64,000 bases of DNA, from positions 186,001 to 250,000 of the IMG/VR virus record IMGVR_UViG_3300036766_002289; one strand, 5' to 3'. A program made the position numbers and the translations under genes. Below the pieces are notes generated by a model. It was not told the origin of the DNA. It saw only the letters and a program-made list of their open reading frames with translations, and did not search any database. The first letter of the stretch is position 1; every line of letters starts with the position of its first letter. Positions 11,171 through 21,624 of the stretch are shown here, piece after piece.

Positions 11171-12013
11171 ATGATTAAACTAAGTAACGGGCATGAATTT
11201 AAATATTGTGCAGCATCAGGTGCATTAGGTTACGACGGAAAAGGATATTTTTGGGAAGCCCCTTTCCGATGGCTTAAAATACTACGCCCTGAAGAATTTA
11301 CAATAATCACAAAAACCATTACCCTTGAACCACGAAAAGGAGAGTATCGTTGGTGGAAGCCTTGGAAGACTATTAAGATTAAAAATGATTACGTCATCAA
11401 TGCAATGGGATTGCCAAATGATGGACTTAAATGGTGGTTGAAAAATGTTTATGGTAGATTAAACTATGATACAATTGTCTCAGTAGCCGCGTGGACTCCA
11501 TTTGAAGCCAGAACAATAGCACATGAGCTTAACTATTGTGGTATCCAAGCCATTGAACTTAATCTTTCTTGCCCAAATGTAGAACATCCAGACAGTTTCC
11601 CTATAATCAAGGAGTTTTTGAAATTTACTAGGCATCCTGTGATATTGAAAATCGAATATGATGAGGATTATATTGCCCTTTTAAAAGAATTTCATGGTAA
11701 GATTGAAGCCGTTGACGCAATTAATACTATCCCTTTTTATGATATGGCAGTAGGACAATCTCCACTTCACCCATTAGAAGGTGGAATTAGTGGTCCATTA
11801 ATTTCATTTAAATCAAAGAAAATTTTGCGTGATATTAAAGCCCATTATCCTGGTGTTCAGGTGATTAGTGGTGGTGGAATTTACACTCTTGAAGAGGCGA
11901 AACGCAGGATTGCTATGAAGGCAGATGCGATATCGTTTGGTACAGTTTTTCTTAAGAAATGTTGGTTGCCAAATTTAATAATTAAAAAGCTTGCCGAACA
12001 TGATAGAAAATAA
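11171..12013 (+). CDS. pyrD: Dihydroorotate dehydrogenase-like protein
   Basis: AASG, TKTIT, INAMGLPNDG, ELNLSCPN, AINT, GGISGP, SGGGI motifs. Confidence 0.85.
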   Translation: MIKLSNGHEFKYCAASGALGYDGKGYFWEAPFRWLKILRPEEFTIITKTITLEPRKGEYRWWKPWKTIKIKNDYVINAMGLPNDGLKWWLKNVYGRLNYDTIVSVAAWTPFEARTIAHELNYCGIQAIELNLSCPNVEHPDSFPIIKEFLKFTRHPVILKIEYDEDYIALLKEFHGKIEAVDAINTIPFYDMAVGQSPLHPLEGGISGPLISFKSKKILRDIKAHYPGVQVISGGGIYTLEEAKRRIAMKADAISFGTVFLKKCWLPNLIIKKLAEHDRK

Positions 12014-12034
12014 ATGCAATGCTTATATATTTAC

Positions 12035-12856
12035 ATGAAACAAAACTTAATTGGAAAAATTTATGGGTATCTTGAAGTAATTTCTTGCCTTGGTAGTGAT
12101 CGTAATGGTAAAAAGGCCGCTGTGCATTGGATGTGTAGGTGCAAATGTGGCAATACCGTTGCTGTAACCACTGCCAAACTTAATTTTGGTTTACGTAAAA
12201 GTTGCGGGTGTCTGAAAGTGGAAAAAGCGATAATAAATGGAAAAATAGGGAGTGAGAAGAATAAAACACATAATGGCACCTATACTCCAGAATATAAAAC
12301 ATGGACAATGATTAAAAGTAGATGTAATAATCCAAAATCAAGTGGCTACGAGAATTATGGAGGAAGGGGTATTAAAATTTGTGAGAGATGGAACAACTCA
12401 TTCCAGAACTTTTTAGATGATATGGGGAAGAAGCCAAATACAGATTTTTGCATTGATAGAATAAATGTCAATGAAGGATATTACAAGGATAATTGCCAAT
12501 GGACTAGTTTAAAATCTCAACAAAATAATAAAAGAACAAATATTTATATAGAATTTGGGGGCAATAAAGCAACGTTGGCAGAATGGGCCACCAAAATTGG
12601 AATATGCGGGGCCACTTTAAGAAAACGCATGAAGAATATGTCAATTGAAGACGCCCTAACATCGCCAAAGAAAATGGTGGGCCGCAGTCGTAAACTATCA
12701 ACTGATATTAACTTGAATGCGGTTATTAAAAATTTAAATTTAGCATTAAATCAGATTGGTAGAAATTGCCTTATTCAGCATTTTGGAGAAGCTGGTACTG
12801 ATTTGGTGAATTCTATTAAGGTTTTATCCGAGTTAGTCGATGTAAACATAGCTTAG
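12035..12856 (+). CDS. HNH-type phage homing endonuclease
   Basis: WMCRCKCG, KSCGC, RCNNP...YGGRGIKICERW, IDRINVNEGY...NCQW. Confidence 0.85.
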   Translation: MKQNLIGKIYGYLEVISCLGSDRNGKKAAVHWMCRCKCGNTVAVTTAKLNFGLRKSCGCLKVEKAIINGKIGSEKNKTHNGTYTPEYKTWTMIKSRCNNPKSSGYENYGGRGIKICERWNNSFQNFLDDMGKKPNTDFCIDRINVNEGYYKDNCQWTSLKSQQNNKRTNIYIEFGGNKATLAEWATKIGICGATLRKRMKNMSIEDALTSPKKMVGRSRKLSTDINLNAVIKNLNLALNQIGRNCLIQHFGEAGTDLVNSIKVLSELVDVNIA

Positions 12857-12863
12857 TTGTACC
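12848..12863 (+). promoter_or_regulatory. 16-bp motif copy 1 (ATAGCTTAGTTGTACC), putative phage-specific promoter
   Basis: Consensus copy; followed by AGGAG and ATG at 12875. Confidence 0.75.
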
Positions 12864-13092
12864 AGGAGACTCTCATGCGCATGAAAATTGCTGCCATTTC
12901 TGCTTGTCTGAGTGGAATTTCCCTGATCTCGACCGTGGTTTTTATCCATAATCCGAATATCTTGCTTACTTGTATTTGGCTGGCATCATTATTCATGGGA
13001 ATTACTACATTTTGTCTTTGGTTGGAATGTCGGAGTACCACAAGCCAACCGACACGGCCGACAAGATCAACGTCGAGGGACTTGGAAGAAAA

Positions 13093-13266
13093 ATGACTGT
13101 ACGCGAAGCATTACTTGAAGAATTAACTAATCTCTGGGCGTTAGAAGCCAGTCTTTGACCAGAAAATACTCTTCAGTGTCGTGAAGAGATTCGCTTGGTC
13201 GAAGCGAAATTGGATGAATGGGACAAACTTACTGCTGCTGTGGCAAAAGTATGCCTAAAGGAATGA
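13093..13266 (+). pseudogene. Short ORF interrupted by in-frame TGA (13156-13158); readthrough candidate or pseudogene
   Basis: Frame stays open 35 codons after TGA and ends 1 nt before the next ATG; two 7-bp hairpins follow the TGA. Confidence 0.45.
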
Positions 13267-13684
13267 AATGATGAAAAAATGGTATGAAGAAGTTGTAATT
13301 AATGGCCTATTGCATCATAAGTTTCTTGCAAATGGTTTACTTTATTTAATGGATGATTATAAAGTTACGCCACCGCTACCACAAATTTGCTATAACCACT
13401 ACTGCCGTAAGGTTTTAGGGGAAGAATACCATTCCACAATGTTTGGAACAAGAGAAACTGGTTTTCCAGATTGCTGGTTATGCAATGAGTGTTGGGCAAA
13501 GTTTGATGGCCAAAAGATGAGGGGACGATTTGCGATGATCGGATACTCCCACAATCAGAGTGTGTCTATATTAGCTGCCATTGAAAGAGATTGCGGGAAG
13601 GAATTATTTGAACTTGGTAGGCCAGAAGATGAATCTCGTTATACTGAATCTGTCACCGAATGGGTTGAATGGCAAAATCCCTGG

Positions 13685-13700
13685 ATAGCTTAGTTGTACC
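13685..13700 (+). promoter_or_regulatory. 16-bp motif copy 2
   Basis: ATAGCTTAGTTGTACC upstream of the sigma-like gene. Confidence 0.75.
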
Positions 13701-13739
13701 GATGTTGGCGTGAACAAATAATAGTTAAGAGGGCAAATC

Positions 13740-14753
13740 ATGCACGGCATCCGTAGTATTAATCTGAAGACTTCCGAAATGCAGGAAATGCAGGAAATCA
13801 TGTCCAAGGGCAATACTCTGCTCAAAGAGTGTGCTGAGATGTTGGGCATGAGCAAAGGGGAGTTTCGTGGCAAGCTTTTCAACCGAAAGCTCGACACTAG
13901 CAACCTTTCCGAAGAACAATTCCAAAAGCTAGAAGCAGCTAAGCCCCACATCATGGCAGTCCATGATAAGTGCGAGCTTAAGATTCTTAGTGGTTTCACC
14001 AGAATGGTGCAAAAGCAAGCTAAGGTTGCTGCTTCCAACAGTAGTGATCCCAAGAACGTTTTCTATGAATTCGAGCAAGTTGGTATGCTCGCAGTGTTAG
14101 ACTCCATTTATGGTTACACTAACACGAATATCAAGTTCATTACCTATGTCTGGAAGATTGTCCGCCGCCGCATTAATCTCACGATTAATCGTCTCAATCC
14201 GTTCTGTCCTTTGACGAATGAAGCTATGAATCTTGTGCAGGGTTTTGAAGCGACCAAGGTTAAGTTTAATCGTCAAGTCAATACTGAGGAAGTCGTTGAA
14301 GCGATGGGCATTACGGCTGCTCAGCGTGAAGTTTTGTTTGCTGCAACAACTAAGGTAGTGAACGAATTGCAGGCAGGGCCACAAAGTAATTCGGATCATG
14401 ATTTTGTTGCTAGTGACTACACTGCAATGCGTCGTGGAATTGATGGTGATTACCAAGAAGTTTCCCTTATCCGTAAGGATGCACGTCAAGCAATCAAGAA
14501 TGCAGAATTGAGCGATATTGAATTGCATCTTCTCTTGGGAGAAATGTTCCCTTACACTGGTTGGAGGGAAGATATTGCTGGCAAGTTCATCAATCCAAGG
14601 ACTGGCAAGCGGTATACTCGGGAAGTGACTGGCATCATCGACCGTGCCAAGGATAAGGTGCGCAAGGCTATCAAGTTCCCTCCTGAAGCCCCGAAGGAAA
14701 ATCCGATTATTGACCAGATTTTCGATGAATTGAGTGGCAAATTAGCAGTTTAA
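13740..14753 (+). CDS. Divergent sigma70-family RNA polymerase sigma factor
   Basis: Region 2-like EFEQVGMLAVLDSIYGY...KFITYVWKIVRRRI; region 3-like RQVNTEEVVEAMGIT; region 4-like LSDIELHLL...TREVTGIIDRAKDKVRKAI. Confidence 0.7.
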   Translation: MHGIRSINLKTSEMQEMQEIMSKGNTLLKECAEMLGMSKGEFRGKLFNRKLDTSNLSEEQFQKLEAAKPHIMAVHDKCELKILSGFTRMVQKQAKVAASNSSDPKNVFYEFEQVGMLAVLDSIYGYTNTNIKFITYVWKIVRRRINLTINRLNPFCPLTNEAMNLVQGFEATKVKFNRQVNTEEVVEAMGITAAQREVLFAATTKVVNELQAGPQSNSDHDFVASDYTAMRRGIDGDYQEVSLIRKDARQAIKNAELSDIELHLLLGEMFPYTGWREDIAGKFINPRTGKRYTREVTGIIDRAKDKVRKAIKFPPEAPKENPIIDQIFDELSGKLAV

Positions 14754-16239
14754 GGAGACAATATGGGTCTTCTACGGATGTTTTATCTTTGGATTGAAAA
14801 AATGCGAAAGCCTTCCTTGGAAGAAGACCTCGCATATATCCGCCAAAAAGAGGCTGAAAGACTTAAAAATCCACATGATCCAGATGCTTGCTTTTTTTGC
14901 ACACTAAGGAAAGAACAACAAGCCAAAGAGGATTTAAAATGAGTTTAGTATTAAATATCGACTCAGATGAAGGCTTGACTGCCATTTCTATTCCAGAAAT
15001 GGGAGCATCAAGCATTTGGCTTAAGGGGCCTCATGGTGAAGTCACCATCGGCCCTGAAGATTTTTGTGAACTTGTCATGTATTTTATGACAAATACAGAC
15101 ATTTACTTTGGAGAATCGCGCTACCTTCTGCAAGAAAGAATTGAAAGTCTGGCCTTAGTAGAAGGATTTAATGGCCCATGTACCAGGCGATTTAAAGAGG
15201 AATGATATGATTGACAGGGAAGCAATGCTACTGTATGACCGCATTCGTGCGTGCGGTCAAGATGCCAAAGATGATTTAATTAAGGCATGTGAGAAATGTG
15301 GTATTGAAGATCATTATGGTTTCTTGAAAACCGAACACGTTAAATCATACCTGGAAATCGGCAGCGAAATTCTTGCAAAATGGCATACAACCGATAAGTT
15401 TAAGGTTGGGGATAAGGTCTATGTAGACCCTGGCAAGCCAACTTTTGCCTTCAAGAATTATATCAGAGCGACAGTTACGGAAGTTACCACCGATGGTTGG
15501 GGCTATCATTTGAGGGCATTCGAGCAAGACCTCCCAGGTATTTATATGTTTAATATCTGGGATAAGGATTTACTACCAAGAACAAACAAGTCAAACAAAC
15601 CTCTTACAGAGAGTCATTTTGTATAGGAAATAAACATGGCAAAGAACATTGATGTTGCAGAGTATGTTTTCAAGCCTGATATGGCTTTACAAGTCGAAGG
15701 CCGACATTTAGGCAATCGCCCTTTGTTTAGTAGTAATATTGTATCAAATATCAGTTATGACTATGATAGGATAACTATTCGTCTTGATGACAAAGCGAAC
15801 CTTGCCTGGTGGCTTCAAATCCATCTGTCCAAGGAACAATTAAAGCAAATTTTACGCGAGGCGGAAGAACATGGCGCGTGATAGATTCATATGCTTTAAA
15901 AAAACAATCCCTACTAAAGATCAACTAAAAATGATCTTAGAGGATTATCTTGGTGGACTTGCTGTTGTAGAGTATGACGATATGCTTGAAGATGGGAATA
16001 ATGTTAAAAATTATTGGTTTGTAAAATTGCCAGGCAAGCCATCGTTTCCATTTGCAAGTAAAATTAATCCACTATGCCCTGCCGACCGCTGGTTTGAAGT
16101 CTATGTAGGCCAGCTTAATCAAGATAAAGAAGTGGCGTATGGCCCTAATATTGATGTAATGACTCGTGGTGCCGATGAGTTAACTAATGTAATTGCAGAT
16201 GGTTACGCTAATTTGATTGCTAGATATTTTGACGCCGAC

Positions 16240-16255
16240 ATAGCCTAGTTGTACC
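16240..16255 (+). promoter_or_regulatory. 16-bp motif copy 3 (ATAGCCTAGTTGTACC)
   Basis: One mismatch to consensus; upstream of RuvB-like gene. Confidence 0.75.
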
Positions 16256-16275
16256 AGTCTATGCGGAGGTGCTAT

Positions 16276-17346
16276 ATGAGTCAGCTTGAAAAGGTGTTTT
16301 TCCCGATTAATAGTGACCCGCCTTTTGCGGATGATCGACGTGCATATCTTGATTCCACTAATCCAGTTTCGCCTTACTTTGGATTTGTTGGAAATAAGCG
16401 TGCTGTCGATAAGCTAATTCGTATAGACTTTGAGGCCCTTGGCCGCTACAACCACTGTTGCAGTGACCTGTCCGTAGCTTTCCTTGGCCAAGCGGGTTGC
16501 GGTAAGACTGAATTGGCCCGCCGTCATGCCAAGGCCAATAAGCTTCCTTATGTGGAAATCTCTCCTAAAGCGATTAAGACTTGCCATGATCTTCTCATGG
16601 AAATTGCAAGAGTCTGTGCTGCTTCTGGTCTTCCCCTTATTGAAGTAGGTCGCGCACAAAACTATTGGATTCCCCCTTGTAACGTCTTTATTGACGAAGT
16701 TCATGCACTTGCACCGCCTGTAGTGCAAGGTCTACTTAAAGCAACCGAATACAATGACGCAATCCTTGTAACCGACAAGGGTTACACTGCCGACTGTAAA
16801 CGTGTTCACTGGCTCATTGCAACTACCGACCGTGGCAAGTTGTTCGATGCTTTTGATACTCGTTTCAGCAAGGTTATTCTTAATCTTTATACTAAAGATG
16901 AAGTTGCGAAGATTGTTCAGTTTAACAATCCAGATTGGACTTTTGATATCTGTCAGTTGGTTGCACATTATTGTGGACGGATTCCGCGTGAAGCATTGGC
17001 TTTTGCACGGGAAATGAAATTGGAACACAATATGCACTCTGATCTTACTTGGCGTCAAGTAGGGCAGCGTATTGCAAGTGACAACGAAATTGACGAATTT
17101 GGAATGAGTTACAAGCGTTTGGCTATCCTTAAGGCACTTGGGCATGGGCCAATTGCTGAGAAGCGACTGCCGCTTGTAATTGGTGTCAAGGTTGAAGAAC
17201 TAGATAAGTTTATCCTTCCTTGGTTGGTTGCTGATACAGACGATCAGCCAGCTTTGGTTGGGGTCTGTAATAAGGGATATTGCTTGACTGATGCTGGTAT
17301 TGCTGAGTTGAAGTTGAGGAAACTTCCCTATAAGGAGGCAGCATGA
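16276..17346 (+). CDS. ruvB: RuvB-like AAA+ ATPase (Holliday junction branch-migration helicase family)
   Basis: Walker A GQAGCGKT, Walker B FIDEVH, ATT, DTRF Arg finger, GRIPREA sensor II, IDEFG and winged-helix-like C-terminus; GGAGG before ATG 16276. Confidence 0.8.
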   Translation: MSQLEKVFFPINSDPPFADDRRAYLDSTNPVSPYFGFVGNKRAVDKLIRIDFEALGRYNHCCSDLSVAFLGQAGCGKTELARRHAKANKLPYVEISPKAIKTCHDLLMEIARVCAASGLPLIEVGRAQNYWIPPCNVFIDEVHALAPPVVQGLLKATEYNDAILVTDKGYTADCKRVHWLIATTDRGKLFDAFDTRFSKVILNLYTKDEVAKIVQFNNPDWTFDICQLVAHYCGRIPREALAFAREMKLEHNMHSDLTWRQVGQRIASDNEIDEFGMSYKRLAILKALGHGPIAEKRLPLVIGVKVEELDKFILPWLVADTDDQPALVGVCNKGYCLTDAGIAELKLRKLPYKEAA

Positions 17347-17523
17347 TTGTTTGCGACCGTTGTAAAACTGAATGTAGCCATTCGGCAGATTTAAATTTTG
17401 GTTGGTTTGCCCGTCCCTATGGCGTAGCGGCACATCGCTCTTTATTTAAAGGTGATTTATGCCAGCTTTGTAAAGATAATCTATTATTATCAGCAACGTG
17501 TTTTGTTGAAATTTGGCTTAAAA

Positions 17524-17865
17524 ATGAACAAAAAGAAAATTAGGGCGGTATTTAGAAATGCAGTCTTTAATAGAGACAGTCATAAGTGCGTGATGTGTGG
17601 CAAGACAGAACCTTTGGATGCACATCATATTACTGACCGAAATCTAATGCCTAATGGAGGTTACGTCAAAGAAAATGGAATAACTCTTTGTTCTGGTGAT
17701 GATGACAACGAACTGTATTATAAGAAAAGTTGCCATTGGAAAGCAGAACAGTTCCATATTCATGGCGAGGCTTACCCTGGCTTCAGTCCAGAAGAACTAT
17801 ATAAAAAGATTGGGTCTAGTTTAGAGTTAGCTATGAAAGCTTCAGAAAGAGAGGAATCGTTATGA
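17524..17865 (+). CDS. HNH endonuclease
   Basis: VFNRDSHKCVMCG...LDAHHI...NGITLC...CH. Confidence 0.8.
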   Translation: MNKKKIRAVFRNAVFNRDSHKCVMCGKTEPLDAHHITDRNLMPNGGYVKENGITLCSGDDDNELYYKKSCHWKAEQFHIHGEAYPGFSPEELYKKIGSSLELAMKASEREESL

Positions 17866-18172
17866 TGATTGAAACTTATCGTGAGTTGAGAGACATTCTG
17901 AATAAGATGGAAGATGGTCAGCTTAACCAACAGATTCAGGTCATGTTACCACAATTTGACCGTGATAAGCCATTCCCATTGCATCCCGTCATTAGTGCGG
18001 GAACGGTGAAGTATTTTGTTTCTTCAGAAGATGGTGTTCAACAGGATGAGACTCGCAGCAGCGTAGATAACAAGCATAATCCTGAAGAATTTATTTTATT
18101 AGTAGACTGGAATCCATACGATGAGGACGGAATTATCGCGTATGATTTAGGAACAGGGGAACCGATTGAGCC

Positions 18173-19060
18173 ATGAACTTAAGTGAACTAACCAGAGAGA
18201 CAATTAATCGTAAGATTATTAATGTATTAGAATCTAATCAAATGCCTTGGCAAAAACCTTGGTGTGGCTGGGGAAAGAATATTGGGTTCCACCGCAACGT
18301 TGGCTCTAATAGGAAATACTTTGGTATTAATTTCTTACTATTACAAATGTCGGCTAAACGTCATGGTTTTACCAGCAAATGGTGGGGTACCGTCCATGAC
18401 TTCAAGAAATTTGGTTATCAAGTAAGTGAACGTCCACCGAACGTTGAAACAGGAACTTGGGCCACAGAGATTATTTGTTATGCACATAATCGCTATACCA
18501 GCGACATTGAAACAATCTCAGAAGTAGTCTATAACTCTGAACAACTAACCCAGACTTTTGAAGCCTATAATCCAGCACCTAAGTTGAATGTAAATTATGA
18601 GTTATGTGAAAAAATTCTCAATAAAGTTCCAGTTAAGTTAGAAACTAATGATAGTGGACTTGCATTGTATCATTATCCGCCCCATGATTATATTACAATG
18701 CCTTCCCAAGTGGATTTTATGTTAGGATTGACTGGTTTACCTGGCTATTATGAATGTCTGGCACATGAATTGATTCATTATAGTGAAACAAGGTTAAATT
18801 TCCACACTGGATATGAAGCTATTAGAGAATTAAGGGCAGAGATTGGAGCGGCGATGTTGGTTCAAGAGTTAGGTTTGCCGCATAGCATTAACTTCATGAA
18901 TTTTAGGAAATGGTCAACCACCTGGATTAACTTTATGAATCGAGATACGGATTTGATTTTCAGGATTGCGGCAGCGGCTACCAAAGCAGTGGATTTTATC
19001 CTGGATTTCAGTAATATGAAAGAGGAAAGGTTCAATGAATTAAGTGAGGAAGCAGCATAA
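18173..19060 (+). CDS. ardC: ArdC-like antirestriction/ssDNA-binding protein with zincin domain
   Basis: PWQKPW, YFGINFLLL, W.T, DYITMP, AHELIH, ELRAEIGA, AAAATKAVDFI. Confidence 0.85.
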   Translation: MNLSELTRETINRKIINVLESNQMPWQKPWCGWGKNIGFHRNVGSNRKYFGINFLLLQMSAKRHGFTSKWWGTVHDFKKFGYQVSERPPNVETGTWATEIICYAHNRYTSDIETISEVVYNSEQLTQTFEAYNPAPKLNVNYELCEKILNKVPVKLETNDSGLALYHYPPHDYITMPSQVDFMLGLTGLPGYYECLAHELIHYSETRLNFHTGYEAIRELRAEIGAAMLVQELGLPHSINFMNFRKWSTTWINFMNRDTDLIFRIAAAATKAVDFILDFSNMKEERFNELSEEAA

Positions 19061-20444
19061 TGGCATTTAAGATAGAAAATTTATGGGCGTATGTTTCTGA
19101 GAACGATAATGGGGAAGAAGGACTTTGTGGTTATCAAGACCCACGGACTCAGCAATGGTTGCCTATGTGTGCAGGGAATCATAAGCATTTACAGGCCCTT
19201 CAACCATTTGCACATCAGATTGCAAAATTGACTAAGAAGAAGGTTAAGTTGGTTAAGTTCACAGTAAGGGAAGATTTAGGAGATATTGAGCCATGAGCAA
19301 TGTTTCAAATTTCAATCTGTCGGCATTTCGAGAGCGTATTAACAAGGCAAAGACAGATGTATCTTCAGAAAAAGTTGTTCGTTTTATGGTGGCTAATTCT
19401 GCTGAAGACTGTCCCATAGATTTGGTAATTATTCTTGCTCAGTGCATTCACGATTTCCGAGCGAACGAAATGCTTGACGAAGCAGAACGGAATTAAAATG
19501 ACTTGGGATGAACTTAAAGATTGGGTATTGAAGACACAAACGCCTGATGAACAGGTTGAAATGTATGTTCAGGAAGACGTTAAGGGCGAAGAAGAATGTA
19601 TCATTGAAGGAGTTGGACCAGTTTTCAATGTGCCTTTTGTAGGATATACGTGTGAATGGCCTGAAGGACCAAGTTCTAAATTGCATATTACTTTATGGGA
19701 AGATGAGTATTTTCAGAAGTATACATGGCAAAACTTGGTAGATTGGATTGAAACAATAGAAAATAAAGATGCAGATGCGATTTCATTATGTGCTTATCAT
19801 GCACTAAAGTTAAAGCCTATTTCTGAGGATCGTTTGTATGCTTACGAAGAAACTTAATGCTGGCGAGCATAGTCTTGAGGATGCATTTTCATTTGAGAAA
19901 GATGGGATTCAAGGACGAAAAGTAGTAGTGCGTTGTCCTTATTGCAAACGTAATACTATGCCTTATCTTTCTAGGAAAATGAAGACTATTTATGCTGACT
20001 GGAGGTGGGTTCTTACCTCCCATAAAGAGCCTTATAGTATTCATGAATATACCTGTCGCTGTGGAGAGACTTTTACTTTTACCACTCATGTTCCACAATA
20101 GGAGTTGAAATGAAGCAGGGTTGGCTAGGTAGACAACTGGAAAAGGCACATGAAACAATTCAATCTCTTCCATCTTGGATGAGAAGTAATCAAGGTGATC
20201 GTCCTATGAACATTGCTGATTTGGCAGTTAACGATTATTTTATCTGCTATCCATCAGAAGACTCGACAAGTTATTTTGTATTCAAAAAGTTCGACAAGAA
20301 TTCGACTGAACAGTTATCTGGCAATCTTGCTCTTGGTTGCAATGATGCTAACCGTATATTATTATTTGGCATTAATGCTGTAAGAGTTCAAGATAACTTG
20401 GGCGTGTCTATTGGGGATGATGAATCAGTTATAAAGGTGGAACT

Positions 20445-20897
20445 ATGATCGAATTTAAAACAGGCAATATTTTCGAGTCTGACTGCGAAGCTATCACCAA
20501 CACCGTGAATTGCGTGGGAATTATGGGTGGAGGCTTGGCAAAAGCATTCAAAAAGAACTACCCAGAAATGTTCAGGGAATATTCTGATGTTTGCTGCAAA
20601 TGTGAACTTTGGCCAGGCGTAATGCACATTTGGGAAAACCCTAATGGCACACCAAAATACATTGTTAATTTTCCAACCAAAGACGATTGGCGAAATCCTT
20701 CTGATATAGGTTTCATTATTGATGGTTTAGTGGCACTTAAAGATGAAATCATCAAAAGGGATATCAAATCAATTGCCATCCCTAGTTTGGGTTGTGGTTT
20801 AGGTGGCTTATCCTACGTGGACGTTAAAAAAGAAATTGAAAAATTCGCGGTCACATTACCTAATATTAAAATTATTGTTTATGAGCCATTAAGTTAA
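20445..20897 (+). CDS. Macrodomain protein (DarG-like ADP-ribose hydrolase)
   Basis: GNIF, NTVNCVGIMGGGLAKAFK, IVNFPTK..W, SIAIPSLGCGLGGL. Confidence 0.9.
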   Translation: MIEFKTGNIFESDCEAITNTVNCVGIMGGGLAKAFKKNYPEMFREYSDVCCKCELWPGVMHIWENPNGTPKYIVNFPTKDDWRNPSDIGFIIDGLVALKDEIIKRDIKSIAIPSLGCGLGGLSYVDVKKEIEKFAVTLPNIKIIVYEPLS

Positions 20898-20938
20898 TCC
20901 ATATTACTATCTTAATCCATACATTAGTTTGGATTAGG

Positions 20939-21595
20939 ATGGATAATATGAACAATATATGCTTATGTGGATGTGGACAATTAACATATGTGGACAACAA
21001 AGGAAGACCCAACAAGTATGTAGTTGGACATAAAGGCAACAGCAGAATTTCTTCTTATGAAACTCCCATAAAGAAGAGATGTAATTTTTGTAAAAAGCTT
21101 TTAAATATTGAGAATTTTAGTTTTAGAAATTTAAAAACTCTTAATGGTCGCAGTTACAAACGTCCCAGATCAAGGTGCAAAAAATGTGAAAGTGCAATAG
21201 TATGCACTTACCAAAGTAGGCCAGGTGTTAGGAAACATCGCAATGAGCAAAGAAAAAATGATAAAACGGTCAAAAGGTGGATTCAGGAAAGAATATCTGC
21301 ATGGCGGAAAAAGACACTTAATTCTGATTTAACAACTGAATATTTATTGAAAGTTTACGAAGGACAGTCAGGCAGGTGTTATTACACTAATGCTTTATTA
21401 GAAGTTTTCAAGGATGAAGAATGGAGATTAAGGTATCAGCAAAGTATATCCATAGACAGATTAGACCCTGATAAAGGATATATGCAAGGCAATGTTGCTT
21501 TTTGTTTATATGTAGTCAATACTATGAAGGGTACTCTTACAGAAAAACAATTCTATGATAGAATGAAGCACATTCTAATGAACCGTGGCATCTAA
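20939..21595 (+). CDS. HNH/His-Me-finger homing endonuclease-like protein
   Basis: CLCGCG, CNFCK, RCKKC, QSGRCYYT, SIDRLDPDKGY..GNV. Confidence 0.75.
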   Translation: MDNMNNICLCGCGQLTYVDNKGRPNKYVVGHKGNSRISSYETPIKKRCNFCKKLLNIENFSFRNLKTLNGRSYKRPRSRCKKCESAIVCTYQSRPGVRKHRNEQRKNDKTVKRWIQERISAWRKKTLNSDLTTEYLLKVYEGQSGRCYYTNALLEVFKDEEWRLRYQQSISIDRLDPDKGYMQGNVAFCLYVVNTMKGTLTEKQFYDRMKHILMNRGI

Positions 21596-21596
21596 C

Positions 21597-21624
21597 TTTA
21601 CAAACTGAAGTTTTGTAGTAGTAT
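21597..21624 (+). promoter_or_regulatory. Sigma70-type promoter TTTACA-N16-TAGTAT with GTAG before -10
   Basis: Intergenic; same architecture as three other sites. Confidence 0.6.
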
